A stretch of DNA of 64,000 nt. Source: Cetorhinus maximus (Eukaryota). Shown here one piece after another: positions 39,114-52,479 of the stretch. The notes below the pieces were generated by a model, which did not search any database, was not told where the DNA came from, and saw only the letters and a list, made by a program, of their open reading frames with translations. How positions within the stretch are numbered: the stretch's first letter is position 1; every line of letters begins with the position of its first letter. The stretch is taken from positions 54,436,001-54,500,000 of the forward strand of contig NC_135893.1 in the NCBI RefSeq assembly GCF_964194155.1. The letters run 5' to 3'. Both the position numbers and the translations under genes were made by a program.

Positions 39114-42100
39114 ATGCATCAGAATTTCACACTTCCAAATCAATTCAGACCAATCCAAGGCCTAGATCAATCACATAATTGGGTACTTTGGAGCAAAAGA
39201 TTACTAGGATACAGCATCACTTAAGATTTAGTCAGAAGCAGAGCAGGAAACACACTGTTTTACTCAGTAGGCCCGATTGCAAACAACATTGAAAGACAGG
39301 GAATCAATTAATCATCTGCTAAATTTGAAGAAGTACTAAAATCTTTTGACACGTATTTCAATCTAAGAAGCAATAAAATACATGAAAGAGTTAAATTTAA
39401 CAAGCGAGTCCAGCAGCCAGGAGAACCTGTTGATTTATTCACCAATGATCTGTACAGGATGGCAGAAGGTTGTGAATATGGAGACTTAAGATCAGAACTC
39501 ATTGGAGACAGAATAGTGGTAGGAGTAGCAGGCATTGCACTCTCTGACCTCATTAAAGCAAAGGGAGATCTAATCCTGGAAAAGACAATCCAGATAGTTA
39601 AGCAATCAGAACTATTTGAGCAGCACAGAACCATTTTAAGAGGAGAAACTGTGATGCAGAGGCCAACTCACAGTGCAGCTAGTTAAACAACAAAGACGCA
39701 GGCCAGGGAAAGCAATACCCGAACCAGCCAGCAGAGAGACCGTTCCAATGCTGTGGAACAAAGCGTCCCCACAGATGAGATCAACGTCCTGCAATTTCAG
39801 CCAAATGTTTTCAGTGCAACAGGATTGGACCCTACGGCAAACTGTGCAAGCCAAAAACTCTGAAACGCACAGAAGACCCAAAGATTATCCACAAGGTCAA
39901 GACTGCAATCCATGAGACCCTCTTTGTGATCCACAACCAGGACTGTTCATCACTAAGCAGCAAAGCCTGTGTTGAAGTTAACCTGTTACAGAAAATTGAT
40001 GAGGTCTGCCAGCAAGGGCCTGGCTCCAAGTGCAAATGTGAGTTCAAAAAACTCTTCACAAGACTGGGGCAACTGAAAAGTGAATACATGATCACACTGA
40101 GAGAGGCTGTTAAACCTGTATGCTTATTCACATCACACAAGATTCCCCCAACCACTTGTGAAGCAGATGCAGCAGCAGCTCGATGAGATGACAAACGTGG
40201 GAGTCATCTTCCCAGTCACACAACCAACTGCATAGCATTCCAGGAAGGTTTCAGTCCCTAAACCAAATGGGTACATCTGTTTCTGCGTCCACCTGACACA
40301 GCTCAATAAAGCTGTCGCCAGAGAATTACATCCATGTAGTATGTCCCATGTTCTCACAGGACAAAAAACCTGACTAAACTCTTGAAGAGCACGTTTTTTC
40401 CAAAACTGGAAACAAACAGCGGCTTTTGGCAACTTCCCCTCAATGAAGAGTCCAAGCTTCTGACCACATTTATTACCCACTTCAGCAGATTCTGCTCTAA
40501 CTGCCTGCTGTTTGGAATCACATCGGCATCAGAAATATTCCAATATACGATATTGACCATTTTGCAGGGCCTTCAAGGGCTCATTTGCCACAGGGATGAT
40601 GTATTGGTTCACGGTGCAACGGTGGAGGAATATGACAAGAGTCTCTCAACTCTTAGAGCGCCTGAAGGAAGCAGGGCTGAATGACAAATGTGAGTTTTCA
40701 AAAACACCAATTCAATTTCTGGACCAAATCATCAGCGTTAAAGGCATCACGCAGACCCACTAAAAACCAAGTTCCCAACCCCATCCTTAATTCCAGACTT
40801 CCAGCAATTCATGGACATGCTGAACCTGCTGGCAAAATTTTTACTGAATTTGGCATAGATCACAGAGCCCTTGAGGCATCTAGTTAAGAAGGACCAAGCA
40901 TGGTGCTGGTATTTTCATCAAGAGCAAGCATTCACTGGCATCAGGGTGATGCTGTTCTCCACAGACATTCTGGCCCACTACGACCCAGCACTGCCCACCA
41001 CCATTGCAGCGGATGCTTCGTCCACAGGTCTGGGAGTGGTCCTGTTCCAGGAACAATCGGATGGAAGTCGCTAACCTGAGTACTATGCATGCAGAGGGAC
41101 ACAGAGATGAGGTATGCCGTCACAGAAAAGGGAGCCCTTGCAGTTGTGTGGACATGCGGGAAGTTTTCAGACTATATCATCGACCTCAAGGTTACAATTG
41201 AAATGGACCACAAGCCATTAGTCTCCTTAATGGACAAGAAGGAGCTATCAAAGATGCCTCCCAGAGTCCCGACGTTTCACTTGCACCTCATGAGGTTCAC
41301 CTACGAGACCGTATACATCTAAGGTAAAAACCAAACAACAGCAGACACCACTTTCCAGAGCCACAGTGGGCTTCCTGACAAAACAGGTCGTCAATCTCAT
41401 TGAACAACTGGAAGCATACTCCCAATTGACAAGGAGTCGGCCTCCAGCGACCACAAGTAAACTCCAACAGAACCGCCAGGAACAAATGCACGATGAGGAG
41501 TGTGGCTGCATCTGCAGTTACTGCCAACAAGGATGGCCTCAGCAGAGACAAAACAGAGGGATCATGAAAACCTGATTCGAACAACAAAAACGCTCTACGA
41601 TTATAGATGACTTCCTGGCCTATGATAAGTGGCTGGTCATCCCAGTCTTCCTGCAGCCAGACATACTTCAAAAAATACACCAGGGAATCACCAAGTGCAG
41701 AGCATAGACCCAACCCACTGTCTGATGGCCAGGCATTTCCAAGACGATTGAAGAAATCAGAACAAATTGCCAGATGTGTGCATTGCACAGGCAGGACCAA
41801 AGAGAGTCCCTCACCCCCATATAAATCCTTACCAGGCCATAGGAGAGGCTGGGCATTGACCTGTTCATCTTCAACAGCAAATCGTTCCTTATAGTGCTGG
41901 ACTACAACTTCAGATAGGTTGTGGTGAAGCAACTATATACGACGACCGCAGAGACAGTAATTAAGGCAATGAAAGAGACGTTCATAAGTCATGGCATCCC
42001 AGACGAGATTGTATATGATAATGGCCCACAATTTTCAAACAAGTACTTTACGCACTTCGCCGCCACACCCGGCTTCCACCATCATACCAACCCCCCAAGA

Positions 42101-43096
42101 TACCCACAGTCAGATGAGGAGGCTGAAAGAGGGGTCCAAACTGTAAAAGCTCTCTTTAAAAAAAAGGAACGTGGACTTCCCACAGTACTGCTCACATACA
42201 GGTCCATCCCTTCACAATGTAGCCTGTCCCCATCCAAACTCCCGATGGGCAGGAAACTCACGCACAACTTTCAATCCTGCTGAGAAAACTCATACCAGGG
42301 CTGGTGACCAAGGATTACCAGGACATCCAACAAGAAAGTAGTCCTACAGGCATAAGCAGCCTTCTGCCTACAACAAAAGGTACCGCTCCAGACACTTGCC
42401 ACAATTACAGAAAGGTGACAAGATCTGGATTAAAGACCAAGAGAGAAAAGGTACCATCATTACAAAGAGTGAGGACCAACCTCGCTCCTATCTGATTGGC
42501 ACCGCAGAGGGGACAGTCAGGAGAAACAGGAGGAGTCTCGTCCCTGATTGCTTGTCCCCACTGTGCAATGGAGGGATATCAAGAAACATTTTCAGATGCC
42601 AGAACAACCTCCAAACCTCCAGAAAGAACCAGCAGCGACAGACAGTAGGGTGAATGAGATATGGAAGGGTTATAAAGCCTCCGGACTGCCTGAACCTTTG
42701 AATTCAAGGACTTAAAGGGGGGAGATGTGGTAGTCAATAATGTAGTAATGACAATGTAAATGTAGGATAATAATAACAATGTAAGACATAAGGTAAACTA
42801 TAATCACTTAAAAACCATTGGATAAAGACTTGGGGAAGGGTGTTATAGGTGTGGCACATATAGGGTTAATGTGGGACTGAGTACAATACCACCCACAGAG
42901 TGATGTAAGAGAGCACATGATCTGCACCCAAGGTCAGTTGAGTGTTGGAAAGAGCCTTGTGCACCAGCTCCTAGCATGTACCCTTTACTGTATATTTGTA
43001 AATAGTTCTAGGAGTCAATAAAGACTTACAGTTAACCTACGTATGACTATGAAGACTTCTTCAGACCTATTGGACTGTAACCAACACCCATAAACA
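39114..43096 (+). mobile_element. Decayed Ty3/Gypsy LTR retrotransposon (gag, partial protease, RT, RNase H, integrase, 3' LTR); no 5' LTR found
   Basis: gag ERVKFNKRVQQPGE/AEGCEYGDLRSELIGDRIVVG; RT SGFWQLPL...FGITSASEIFQ...DDVLVHG; RNase H ADASSTGLGVVL; integrase HQGITKC...CQMC, DNGPQF, EAERGVQTVK. Domain order is RT-RH-IN. Many stops and frameshifts; the protease DTG motif was not found. Confidence 0.92.
42841..43096 (+). repeat. Probable 3' LTR of the Gypsy element
   Basis: Preceded by purine tract GGGGAAGGG. Termini TGTTATAGGTG...CACCCATAAACA are near-inverted. Internal AATAAA at ~43017. Confidence 0.65.
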
Positions 43097-43129
43097 GTAA
43101 CATTGTTTTTTTGTGTGGTGTTTGTTTAG

Positions 43130-43480
43130 AATGGAATGTTGTCCAGGACATCAAGAAAATGCCCTGCACTTCTTCATATAGTGGCATGGGACCCCTTCGC
43201 ATTCACCTGAACAGGCAGGCATCTAGGTTTAACATTTCATCTGAAGCCAAGCCTCCAACAGTGCAGTGCTCCCTTGGCACTGCCCTCCCCCTGACAATGC
43301 AGCATCTCCTTGGCACTACCCTCCTGACAATGCAGGCCTCTCTCGGTGCTGCCAACCTATACTGCAACCTTCTCTTGACACTGCACTGGAGTGTTAGTCA
43401 AAATTATGTGCTCAAATCCTGGAGTGAGGATTGAATCTACTGCCTCTGAGTCAGAAGCATGATTACAAGCCAATGATATT
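43130..43480 (-). mobile_element. Deu-domain-like tRNA SINE with an internally triplicated ~32-bp unit
   Basis: CCTCCAACAGTGCAGTGCTCCCTTGGCACTGC-type units and CTGCACTGGAGTGTTAG. Related copies at ~16555-16740 and ~43900-44230. Family named from memory only. Confidence 0.55.
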
Positions 43481-44543
43481 GTACTGCATTTCACATTAAA
43501 CATTGACCCATCGAACACTTCCAGAAAGGTACAGCATGTATTCAACACAGAGTAAAGTTCCCTCTACACTGTCGCATCAAACATTCCCAGGGCAGGTGCA
43601 AAGTAAAACTCCAACCATATTGTGTCATTAAGATATTAATATTCTGCTTATATTAATGTGACAAGTAAGTGAATTCTTTCCATCACTGTTTTCTTTCTAA
43701 ACTGATGCCTACATTCTGAATTTCATTAGATTCCTTACTTTAAAGTCTGTATTTGGGTACAATTACTGACATCTGTTTCCTTTAATGAACTTCCCAAGCT
43801 ATTGTTCTGTTGAAGATTAAAACCATTCTTTTCCCTGTTAGCTTCCCAGTTGTGATCTGGAGCCTAGATTTTTACTTCCTTTATTAGAAACTGAATTCAC
43901 CAATGAGGGTGTGTTGTACAGTCCGAGGTGCTACCTTCCATTATATTGAGAGGCCCCTTTTTCTCTCTCAGGTAGTAATAAAAGATCTCATTACACAATT
44001 TTGAAGAAGCATACTGGAATTCTCCAGGGTGTTCTGGATGATAATCCCATAATTGAGCATCACTGAAACAGATTATCTGGTCACTATCTCATTGCTGTTT
44101 ATGGAAACTTGCTGTGTGCAAATTGACTGCCCCGTTTCCTACATTACAGACAATGAAGTACTTTAGAAGTGTAATCACTGTTGTAAAGTTCTTTGGAACA
44201 TCCTGAGGTTGTGAACGGCACTGTATAAATTCAAGTCTGTGTTTAAAGTCTGGCTGTTTAGAAGGTATCAAATCAGGAGAATCACTTTTATATTAAATGC
44301 CATGTTACTTTCAGTTAAAGAAAAGCAAATTGATAACAGATTTCTTTAGGCAGGGTAGGAATGTCAGTACGGTTATAGTGATTTGAATGTTAGACTTAGG
44401 GAGGGAGAGGGGAATGGAGCAGGGGAAGGGAAATGGGGATATTGCAGGGAGTTGGAGCAGGAGGAGGTAGAGGGGAGGGGGAAGAGGAGCGGTGCGAGTG
44501 GAAGGGGGCAATAAATCATCGAAACTTAACCAAATGTTGTGTA

Positions 44544-47160
44544 AAGACCATAAGACCATAAGACATAGGAGCAGAAATTAGGCCATTCGGCCCCTCGAGT
44601 CTGCTCCGCCATTCAATCATGGCTGATAAGTTTCTCAGCCTCATTCTCCCGCCTTCTCCCCGTAACCTTTGATCCCCTTACCAATCAAGAACCTATCTAT
44701 CTCAGTCTTAAATACACTCAATGACCTGGCCTCCACAGCCTTCTGTTGCAATGAATTCCATAGATTCACCACTCTCTGGCTAAAGAAGTTTCTCCTCATC
44801 TCTGTTCTTTACTCTGAGGCTGTGCCCTCGGGTCCTAGTCTCTCCTACTAATGGAAACATCTTCCCCACGTCCACTCTATCCAGGCCTTTCAGTATTCTG
44901 TAAGTTTCAATCAGATCCCCCCTCATCCTTCTGAACTCCATCGAGTATTGACCCAGAGTCCTCAAACGTTCCTCATATGTTAAGCCTTTCATTCCTGGGA
45001 TCGTTCTCGTGAACCTCCTCTGGACCCTCTCCAGGGCCAGAACATCCTTCCTGAGATAGGGGGCCCAAAATTGCTCACAATATTCTAAATGTGGTCTGAC
45101 CAGAGCCTTATAAAGCCTCAGCAGCACATCCCTGCTTTTATATTCTAGTCCTCTCGAAATAAATGCCAACATTGCATTTGCCTTCCTAACTACCGACTCA
45201 ACCTGCAAGTTAACCTTAAGAGAATCCTGGACTAGGACTCCCAAGTCCCTTTGCACTCCAGATTTCTGAATTCTCTCCCCATTTAGAAAATAGTCTATGC
45301 CTCTATTCTTCATACCAAAGTGCATGACCTCACAATTCCCCATGTTGTGTTCCATCTGCCACTTCTTTGCCCATTCTCCTAACCTGTCCAAATCCTTCTA
45401 CAGCCTCCCTGCCTCCTCAATACTACCTGTCCCTCCACCTATCTTTGTATCATCTGCAAACTTAGCCAGGATGCCCTCAGTTCTTTCATCTAGATCATTA
45501 ATGTATAAAATGAAAAGTTGTGGTCCCAACACTGACCCCTGCGGAACTCCACTAGTCACCGGCCGCCATCCTGAGAAGGACCACCTTATCCCCACTCTCT
45601 GCCTCCTGCCAGACAGCCAATCTCCTATCCATGCTAGTACCTTGCCTCTCACACCATGCGCTCTTATCTTACTGAGCAGCCTCCTGTGCGGCACCTTGTC
45701 AAAGGCCTTCTGGAAGTCCAAGTAGATAACATCCATTGGCTCTCCTTTGTCGAACTTACTCGTTACCTCCTCAAAGAATTCTAACAGATTTATCAGGCAT
45801 GACCTCCACTTGATGAAACCATGCTGACTTTGCCCTATTTTACCATGCACTTCCAAGTATTCTGAAAACTCATCCTTAATAATGGACTCTAAAATCTTAC
45901 CAACAACTGAGGTCAGGCTAATCGGCCTGTAATTTCCCGTCTTTTGCCTCACTTCCTTCTTAAACAGGGGGTTACATTAGTGATTTTCCAGTCCTCTGGG
46001 ACCCTCCCTGACTCCAGTGATTCCTGAAAGATCACCACTAACGCCCCTACTATCTCTTCAGCTATCTCCTTCAGAACTCTGGGGTGTAATCCATCTGGTC
46101 CAGGTGATTTATCCACCTTCAGACCTTTCAGTTTTCCTAGCACCTTCTCCTTGGTAATGGCCACCATACTCAACTCTGCCCCCCGACTCTCTTGAATTTT
46201 GGGGATGTTACTCGTGTCTTCCACCATGAAGACTGATGCAAAGTACCTATTCATTTCCTCCACCATTTCTTTGTTCCCCACCACTACTTCTCCAGCATCA
46301 TTTTCCAGCGGCCCAATGTCCACTTTTGCCTCTCTCTTACCCTTTATATATCTATAAAAAATCTTGCAATCTTCTTTTATATTACTAGCTAGTTTACTCT
46401 CATATTTAATCTTCTCCCTCCTTATTTCTTTTTTAGTTGTCCTCTGTTGGTCTTTGTAGGCTTCCCAATCCCCTGGTTTCCCACTGCTCTTCGCCGCATT
46501 GTATGCTTTCTCTTTAGTTTTTATGCTGTCCCTGACTTCCCTTGTCAGCCATGGTTGCCTCGTCCTCCCTTTAGTATGCTTCTTCCTAGGGATGAATTTT
46601 TGCTGTGTCTCCCAAATTACTCCCAGAAACTCCTGCCATTGTTGTTCCACTGTTTTTCCTGCTAGGCTCATCTCCCAGTCAATTCTGGCTAGCTCCTCCC
46701 TCATGCCTCTGTAGTTGCCTTTATTCAGCTGTAATACCGTTACATCTGATTCCAGCTTTTTCCTCTCAAATTGCAGGGTAAATTCTATCATATTATGGTC
46801 ACTTCCTCCTAAGGTTCCTTCACCTTAAGCTCCCTTATCAAATCTGCCTCATTACACATCACTAAATCTAGAATTGCCTGTTCCCTAGTGGGCTCCACCA
46901 CAAGCTGCTCCAAAAAGCCATCTCGTAGACATTCCACAAATTCCTTTTCTTGGGATCCACTACCAACCTGATTTTCCCAGTCTACTTGCATATTGAAATC
47001 CCCCATGATCACTGTAACCTTGCCTTTCTTACACGCCTTTTCTATCTCTTGGTGTATCTTGTGCCCCACATCCTGACTACTGTTCGGAGGCCTGTACATA
47101 ACTCCCATTATGGTTTTTAACCTTTGCGGTTCCTCAACTCTACCCACACAGATTCTACAT
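44544..47160 (-). mobile_element. CR1 LINE, about 2.6 kb, relatively young (end of APE endonuclease, tether, RT, 3' UTR and microsatellite tail)
   Basis: [72 protein letters not shown]. Tail (CTTATGGT)n at ~44544-44563. Confidence 0.95.
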
Positions 47161-49292
47161 CATCTGGAGATCTTCCTCCCACAGCTTCCAACCTGATAGT
47201 CGCCCAATCTTGGACGGCCCGCTTCTACCTCCTACCCAAAATCCACAAACAGGACTGTCCCGGCAGACCGATCGTGTCAGCCTGTTCCTGCCCCACGGAA
47301 CTCATTTCTCGTTATCTTGGCTCCCTTCTCTCTCCCCTTGTCCAGTCCCTTCCCACTTACATCCGTGATTCCTCTGACACCTTACGTCACGTCAATAATT
47401 TCCAGTTCCCTGGCTCCAACCGCCTCCTCTTCACCATGGACATCCAAACCCTCTATACCTCCATCCCCTACCAGGATGGTCTGAGGGCTCTCAGCTTCTT
47501 CCTTGAACAGAGGCCCAAACAATCGTCATCCACCACTACTCTCCTCCGTCTGGCTGAACTTGTTCTCACACTGAACAATTTCTCCTTTAACTCCTCTCAC
47601 TTCCTCCAAATAAAAGGTGTGGCTATGGGTACTTGCATGGGCCCCAGTTATGCCTGTCTCTTTATGGGGTATGTGGAACATTCCTTGTTCCAGTCCTACT
47701 CTGGCCCCCTCCCACAACTCTTTCTCCGGTACATCGATGATTACTTCGGTGCGGCTTCATGCTCTCATCGGCACCTGGAAAAATTTATTAATTTTGCTTC
47801 CAATCTCCACCCCTCCATCATTTTCACATGGTCCATCTCTGACACTTCCCTTCCCTTCCTTGACCTCTCTGTCTCAATTTCTGGTGATAGACTGTCCACC
47901 AATATCCATTACAAGCCTACCGACTCCCACAGCTACCTCGACTACAGCTCCTCACACCCCGCTTCCTGTAAGGACTCCATCCCATTCTCTCAGTTCCTTC
48001 GCCTCCGTCGCATCTGTTCTGATGATGCTACCTTCAAAAACAGTTCCTCTAACATGTCCTCCTTCTTCGTTAACCAAGGTTTTCCACCCACGGTAGTTGA
48101 CAGGGCCCTCAACCGTGTCCGGCCCATCTCCCGCACATCCGCCCTCACGCCTTCTCCTCCCTCCCAGAAACATGATAGGGTCCCCCTTGTCCTCACTTAT
48201 CACCCCACCAGCCTCTGCATTCAAAGGATCATCCTCCGCCATTTCCGCCAACTCCAGCATGATGCCACCACCAAACACATCTTCCCTTCACCACCCCCCC
48301 GGCGGCATTCCGTAGGGATCGTTCCCTCCGTGACACCCTGGTCCACTCCTCCATCACCCCCTCCTCCTCAACCCCCACCTACAGCACCTCCCCATGCATA
48401 CGCAAAATATGCAACACCTGCCCTTCACTTCCTCTCTCCTCACTGTCCAAGGGCCCAAACACTCCTTTCAAGTGAAGCAGCATTTCACTTGCATTTCCCC
48501 TAACTTAGTCTACTGCATTCGTTGCTCCCAATGCGGTTTCCTCTACATTGGAGAGACCAAACGCAGATTGGGCGGCCGCTTTGCAGAACACCTTCGGTCT
48601 GTCTGCAAGAATGACCCAGACCTCCCTGTCGCTTGCCATTTTAACACTCCACCCTGCTCTCTTGCCCACATGTCTGTCCTTGGCTTGCTGCATTGTTCCA
48701 GTGAAGCTCGACGCAAACTGGAGGAACAGCACCTCATCTTCCGACTAGGCACTTTACAGCCTTCCGGACTGAATATTGAGTTCAAGAACTTTAGATCTTG
48801 AACTCCCTCCTCCATCCCCACCCCCTTTCCGTTTCTTCCCCCTCCCTTTTGTTTTTTCCAATAATTTATATAGATTTTTCTTTTCCCACCTATTTCCATT
48901 ATTTTTAAACCTATACCTTTTATGCCCTTTTAGTCTTATTTCGCCCCACCCCCACCAGAACTATCTGTACCTTGCCTGTCCTGCTATCCATTCTTAATTA
49001 GCACATTCTTTTAGATAATATCACCACCTTCAACACCTCTTTGTTCTTTTGTCTGTGACATCTTTTGGTTATCCGCTCCTATCACTGCTTGCTTGTCCCT
49101 ACAACCACCCCCCCCACTTCTCCCCCCACCCCCCCCCCATCCCCCCCACCACCACCACCTTAAACCAGCTTATATTTCACCCCTCTCCTATCTTTACTTA
49201 GTTCTGTTGTAGGGTCATGAGGACTCGAAACGTCAACTCCGCTGATGCTGCCAAACCTGCTGAGTTTTTCCAGGTATTTCTGTTTTTGTTTT
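47159..49292 (+). mobile_element. Penelope-like retroelement, Neptune-type, 5'-truncated, with open RT core and a 3' end carrying a hammerhead motif
   Basis: ORF 47124-48503 holds the RT motifs (YIDD). The GIY-YIG domain ([22 protein letters not shown]) is in 48394-48801. The 3' UTR is shared with the other copies. Confidence 0.95.
49200..49238 (+). ncRNA. Minimal type-I hammerhead ribozyme-like motif (core variant, with a further A9 mutation)
   Basis: AGTT-CTGTTGT-A-GGGTC-ATGAG-GACTC-GAA-ACGT-C-AACT: stem I AGTT/AACT, stem II GGGTC/GACTC, palindromic stem III ACGT, GUC site. Confidence 0.65.
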
Positions 49293-49825
49293 AAAATTTT
49301 AACTGGTTCCCTATTGGTGGAATTCCTGTGGAGTACAATACATCCTGATCAGGAAGGAATTTCAATGTCTTGCCAATGTGACAAAGAAATTAAAGCAAGC
49401 TTGTTGAAAGAGATGTAAAATCAAAACAATAGAACTAGAGAAATTACAGCACTAAAAGAGGCCATTTGACCCATCAAGCCAATGTTGGTGCATTCCCCAC
49501 ATTGGAGCTTTATCTCCAGTTACAGCTCCTTCTCCTAAATCCTGCAAGAGTATCTCTAATTCCCTCTGTGACTGACCTAGATTTAGTAGAACCTGTGGAA
49601 ATGAATGGGATGTCAAACTGATGCCCCATCTGCAAGCTCAGGTGAATGGTGCTGTTCAAAGAACCCAATGAAGAGCTGAGGAAGTCTCCCAGTGTCTTGA
49701 GCCAACATTCCTCACTCAACAAAGACTAGTAAAGCAAATTAACCAGTCATTTATCACATCCTTATGTGTGAAACTTGCTGTGCTGCATTCACTTGCATAA
49801 CAGTGATACATATAAAAACTTCATT

Positions 49826-50200
49826 TTTAAAAATTTATTCTTTCTTGGGATGTGGGTGTCACTGGCAAGGCCAGCATTTGTTGCCCATCTCTAATTGCCC
49901 TTGAACTGAGTGGCTTGTCTGGCCATTTCAGAGTACATTAAGAGTCAGCTATATTGCTGTAAGTCTGGAGTCACATGTAGGCCAGACCAGGTAAGGATGG
50001 CTGATTTCCTGAGGGCATTAGAGAGCCAGATGGGCCTTTATGCCAATTTATGATAGTTTCATGTTCAGCTGGTACTGAGACTAGCTTTATATTCTAGATT
50101 TATTAATTGAATTTAAATTCCTGAACCTGTATCCTAAGGGTATCTGCCTGAGCCTCTGGATTACTAGACCAGTGACATTACTGCTATGCTACCGCTTGTC
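49826..50200 (-). mobile_element. tRNA-derived SINE sharing its 3' tail with the second LINE family
   Basis: Head GGTAGCATAGCAGTAATGTCACTGG...GGTTCA (A/B-box-like) and tail GGGCAATTAGAGATGGGCAACAAATGCTGGCC. A related 3' piece lies at ~6280-6490. Confidence 0.6.
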
Positions 50201-52440
50201 TCCATGCCCCCATCCCTACCCCTACCCCCCAAACCCCTCCCTGCCCTGGGAACTTAATTCATGTCAAGTGATTTGAAGCTTTGCTGGAAGATCTGGTAAA
50301 GCATGGTGTAAATGCAAATCTGGACCAGCAGAGGGAGTTGCCCTGGAGGAAAGCCTGGGACTGCAAGGAAATACTGTATCCAGGGACAACATACCTCACT
50401 CAGTTTCCTTCCCACAGACACAGAGTGTGTTTAGTGGTTGAGGGTCTAGAATGAGGAGCTATTGATATGAGATTACACAATCACAGAATCTTTCCAGTGC
50501 AGAAGGAGGCCATTTGGCCCATCGAGTCTGCACTGTTTCTCTGCAAGAGCATTTGACCTAGTTCCACTCCCATGCCTTATCCCCGTAACGTTGCACATTC
50601 TTTCTTTTCAAATAGCCGTCCAATTCTCTTTTGAATACCTCGATTGAACCTGCCTCCACCTCAGGAAGTTCGTTCCAGACTCCAACCACCTTCTGGGTGG
50701 AAAATCTTTTCCCCATTAAATTAAAACAGATGAAATAGAATCATGCAATCATAGAATTATACAGCACAGAAAGAGCTATCTGGCTCATCGAATCTGCACC
50801 GAATCTTTCAAGAAGCAACCCACATCCCACTATCCCCCCTTATACCTGCAATTTTTCCTCTTTCAAGTATTTATCAGCTCCCTTCTGACAGTTACAATTG
50901 AATCTGTTTCCACCACCTTATCAGGCAGTACATTCCAAATCCTAACCACTCAATCTATAAATAGGTTTTCCTCATATCGCTTCTGGTTCTTTTGTCAATC
51001 TGTTTACTTTAACCCTATTAAAGATCTAGAACAGAGGGCAGGAGAAACATTTTCATAGCTATGAAACTGTGGAATTCAACCCCAGGGTTTGTGGTTGGAA
51101 CAGAAACTGTCTAACATTCCAGATCAGATTGGATAGGTGGGACAAAGGAGAAGGGGAGGAGGGATATGGGAACAGAATGGGTAAATGTGATTAGAACTAT
51201 TTGCTCATGTGACATGGACTGGTTGTACCACATGGCCTGTTTTATGTTGTAGCTTTTCTTTCTATGCGGATTTTAAAGCATGATAAAGAGCAAAATCTTA
51301 AGGAGAAAGGGATAATAAAAATATTTTTTTAATCAGGGGAGGAGCCAGAAGAGAGGCCCGGGAGTAACGCTAGGCTTGGGGATTGACAGTGGGCCTGAGA
51401 ATGAAAGAAACAAAAGGATAAAAATAATAAAATCAATTTGAAACATAGAAAATAGGAGCAGGAGTAGGCCATTCAGCCCTTCAAACCTGCTCCACCATTC
51501 AATATGATCATAGCTGATCCTCTATCTCAACGCCATATTCCTGATCTCTCCATACCTCTTGATGCCTTGAGTTCAGAAATCTATCTATTTCCTTCTTAAA
51601 TATATTCAGTGACTTGGCCTCCACAGCATCCTGTGGTAGAGAATTCCACAGGTTCATCACCCTCTGAGTGAAGAAGTTTCTCCTCATCTCAGTCCTAGAT
51701 GGCCGACCTCGTATCCTTAGACTGTGAACCCTTGTTTTAGAAACCCCCAGCCAGAGGAAACATCATCCCTTTAACCAGAGTGTCCATCCCTGTCAGAATT
51801 TTGTACGTTTCAATGAGATCCCCTTTCATTCTTCTAAACATGTAAATACAAGCCTAGTTGGCCTAATCTCTCCTTATATGACAATCCTGAAACCCCAGGA
51901 ATGAGTCTGGTGAACCTTTGCTGCACTCCCTCTATGGCAAGTATATCCTTTCTTAGGTAAGGAGACCAAAACTGCGCACACTACTCCAGGTGGGGTCTCA
52001 CCAAGGCCCTTTAAAGCTGCAGTAAGACATCCTTGCTCCTGTACTCAAGTTTTCTTGTAATGAAGGCCAACATACCAGTTGTCTTCTTAACTGCTTACTG
52101 CATCTGCATGCTTGCTTTCAGTGATCAGTGTACAATGACACCCAGGTCTCTTTGTACATCAACATTTCCCAATCTATCACCATTTAAATAATACTCTGCC
52201 ATTCTGTTTTTACCTACCAAAGTGAATAACTTCACACTTATCCACGTTATACTGCATTTGGCTTGTGTTTGCCCGCTCACTCGACCTGTCTAGATTGCCT
52301 TGAAGCCTCTCAACACCCTCCTCGCGGCTCACATTCCCACTTAGTTTTGTGTCGTCAGCAAACTTGGAAATATTACAAAACAAAAACAGAATTACCTGGA
52401 AAAACTCAGCAGGTCTGGCAGCATCGGCGGAGAAGGAAAG

Positions 52441-52479
52441 AGTCGCCGTTTCGAGTCCACATGACCCTTCAACAGAACT
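52441..52479 (-). ncRNA. Minimal hammerhead-like motif, left arm (cleavage triplet mutated to GGC)
   Basis: AGTT-CTGTTGA-A-GGGTC-ATGTG-GACTC-GAAAC-GGC-GACT. Confidence 0.6.

Noticed and set aside
44544-49292. TSD around the CR1+PLE composite
   Set aside because: The flanks (AACCAAATGTTGTGT versus AAAATTTTAACTGG) do not match, so a single-event origin is unproven.
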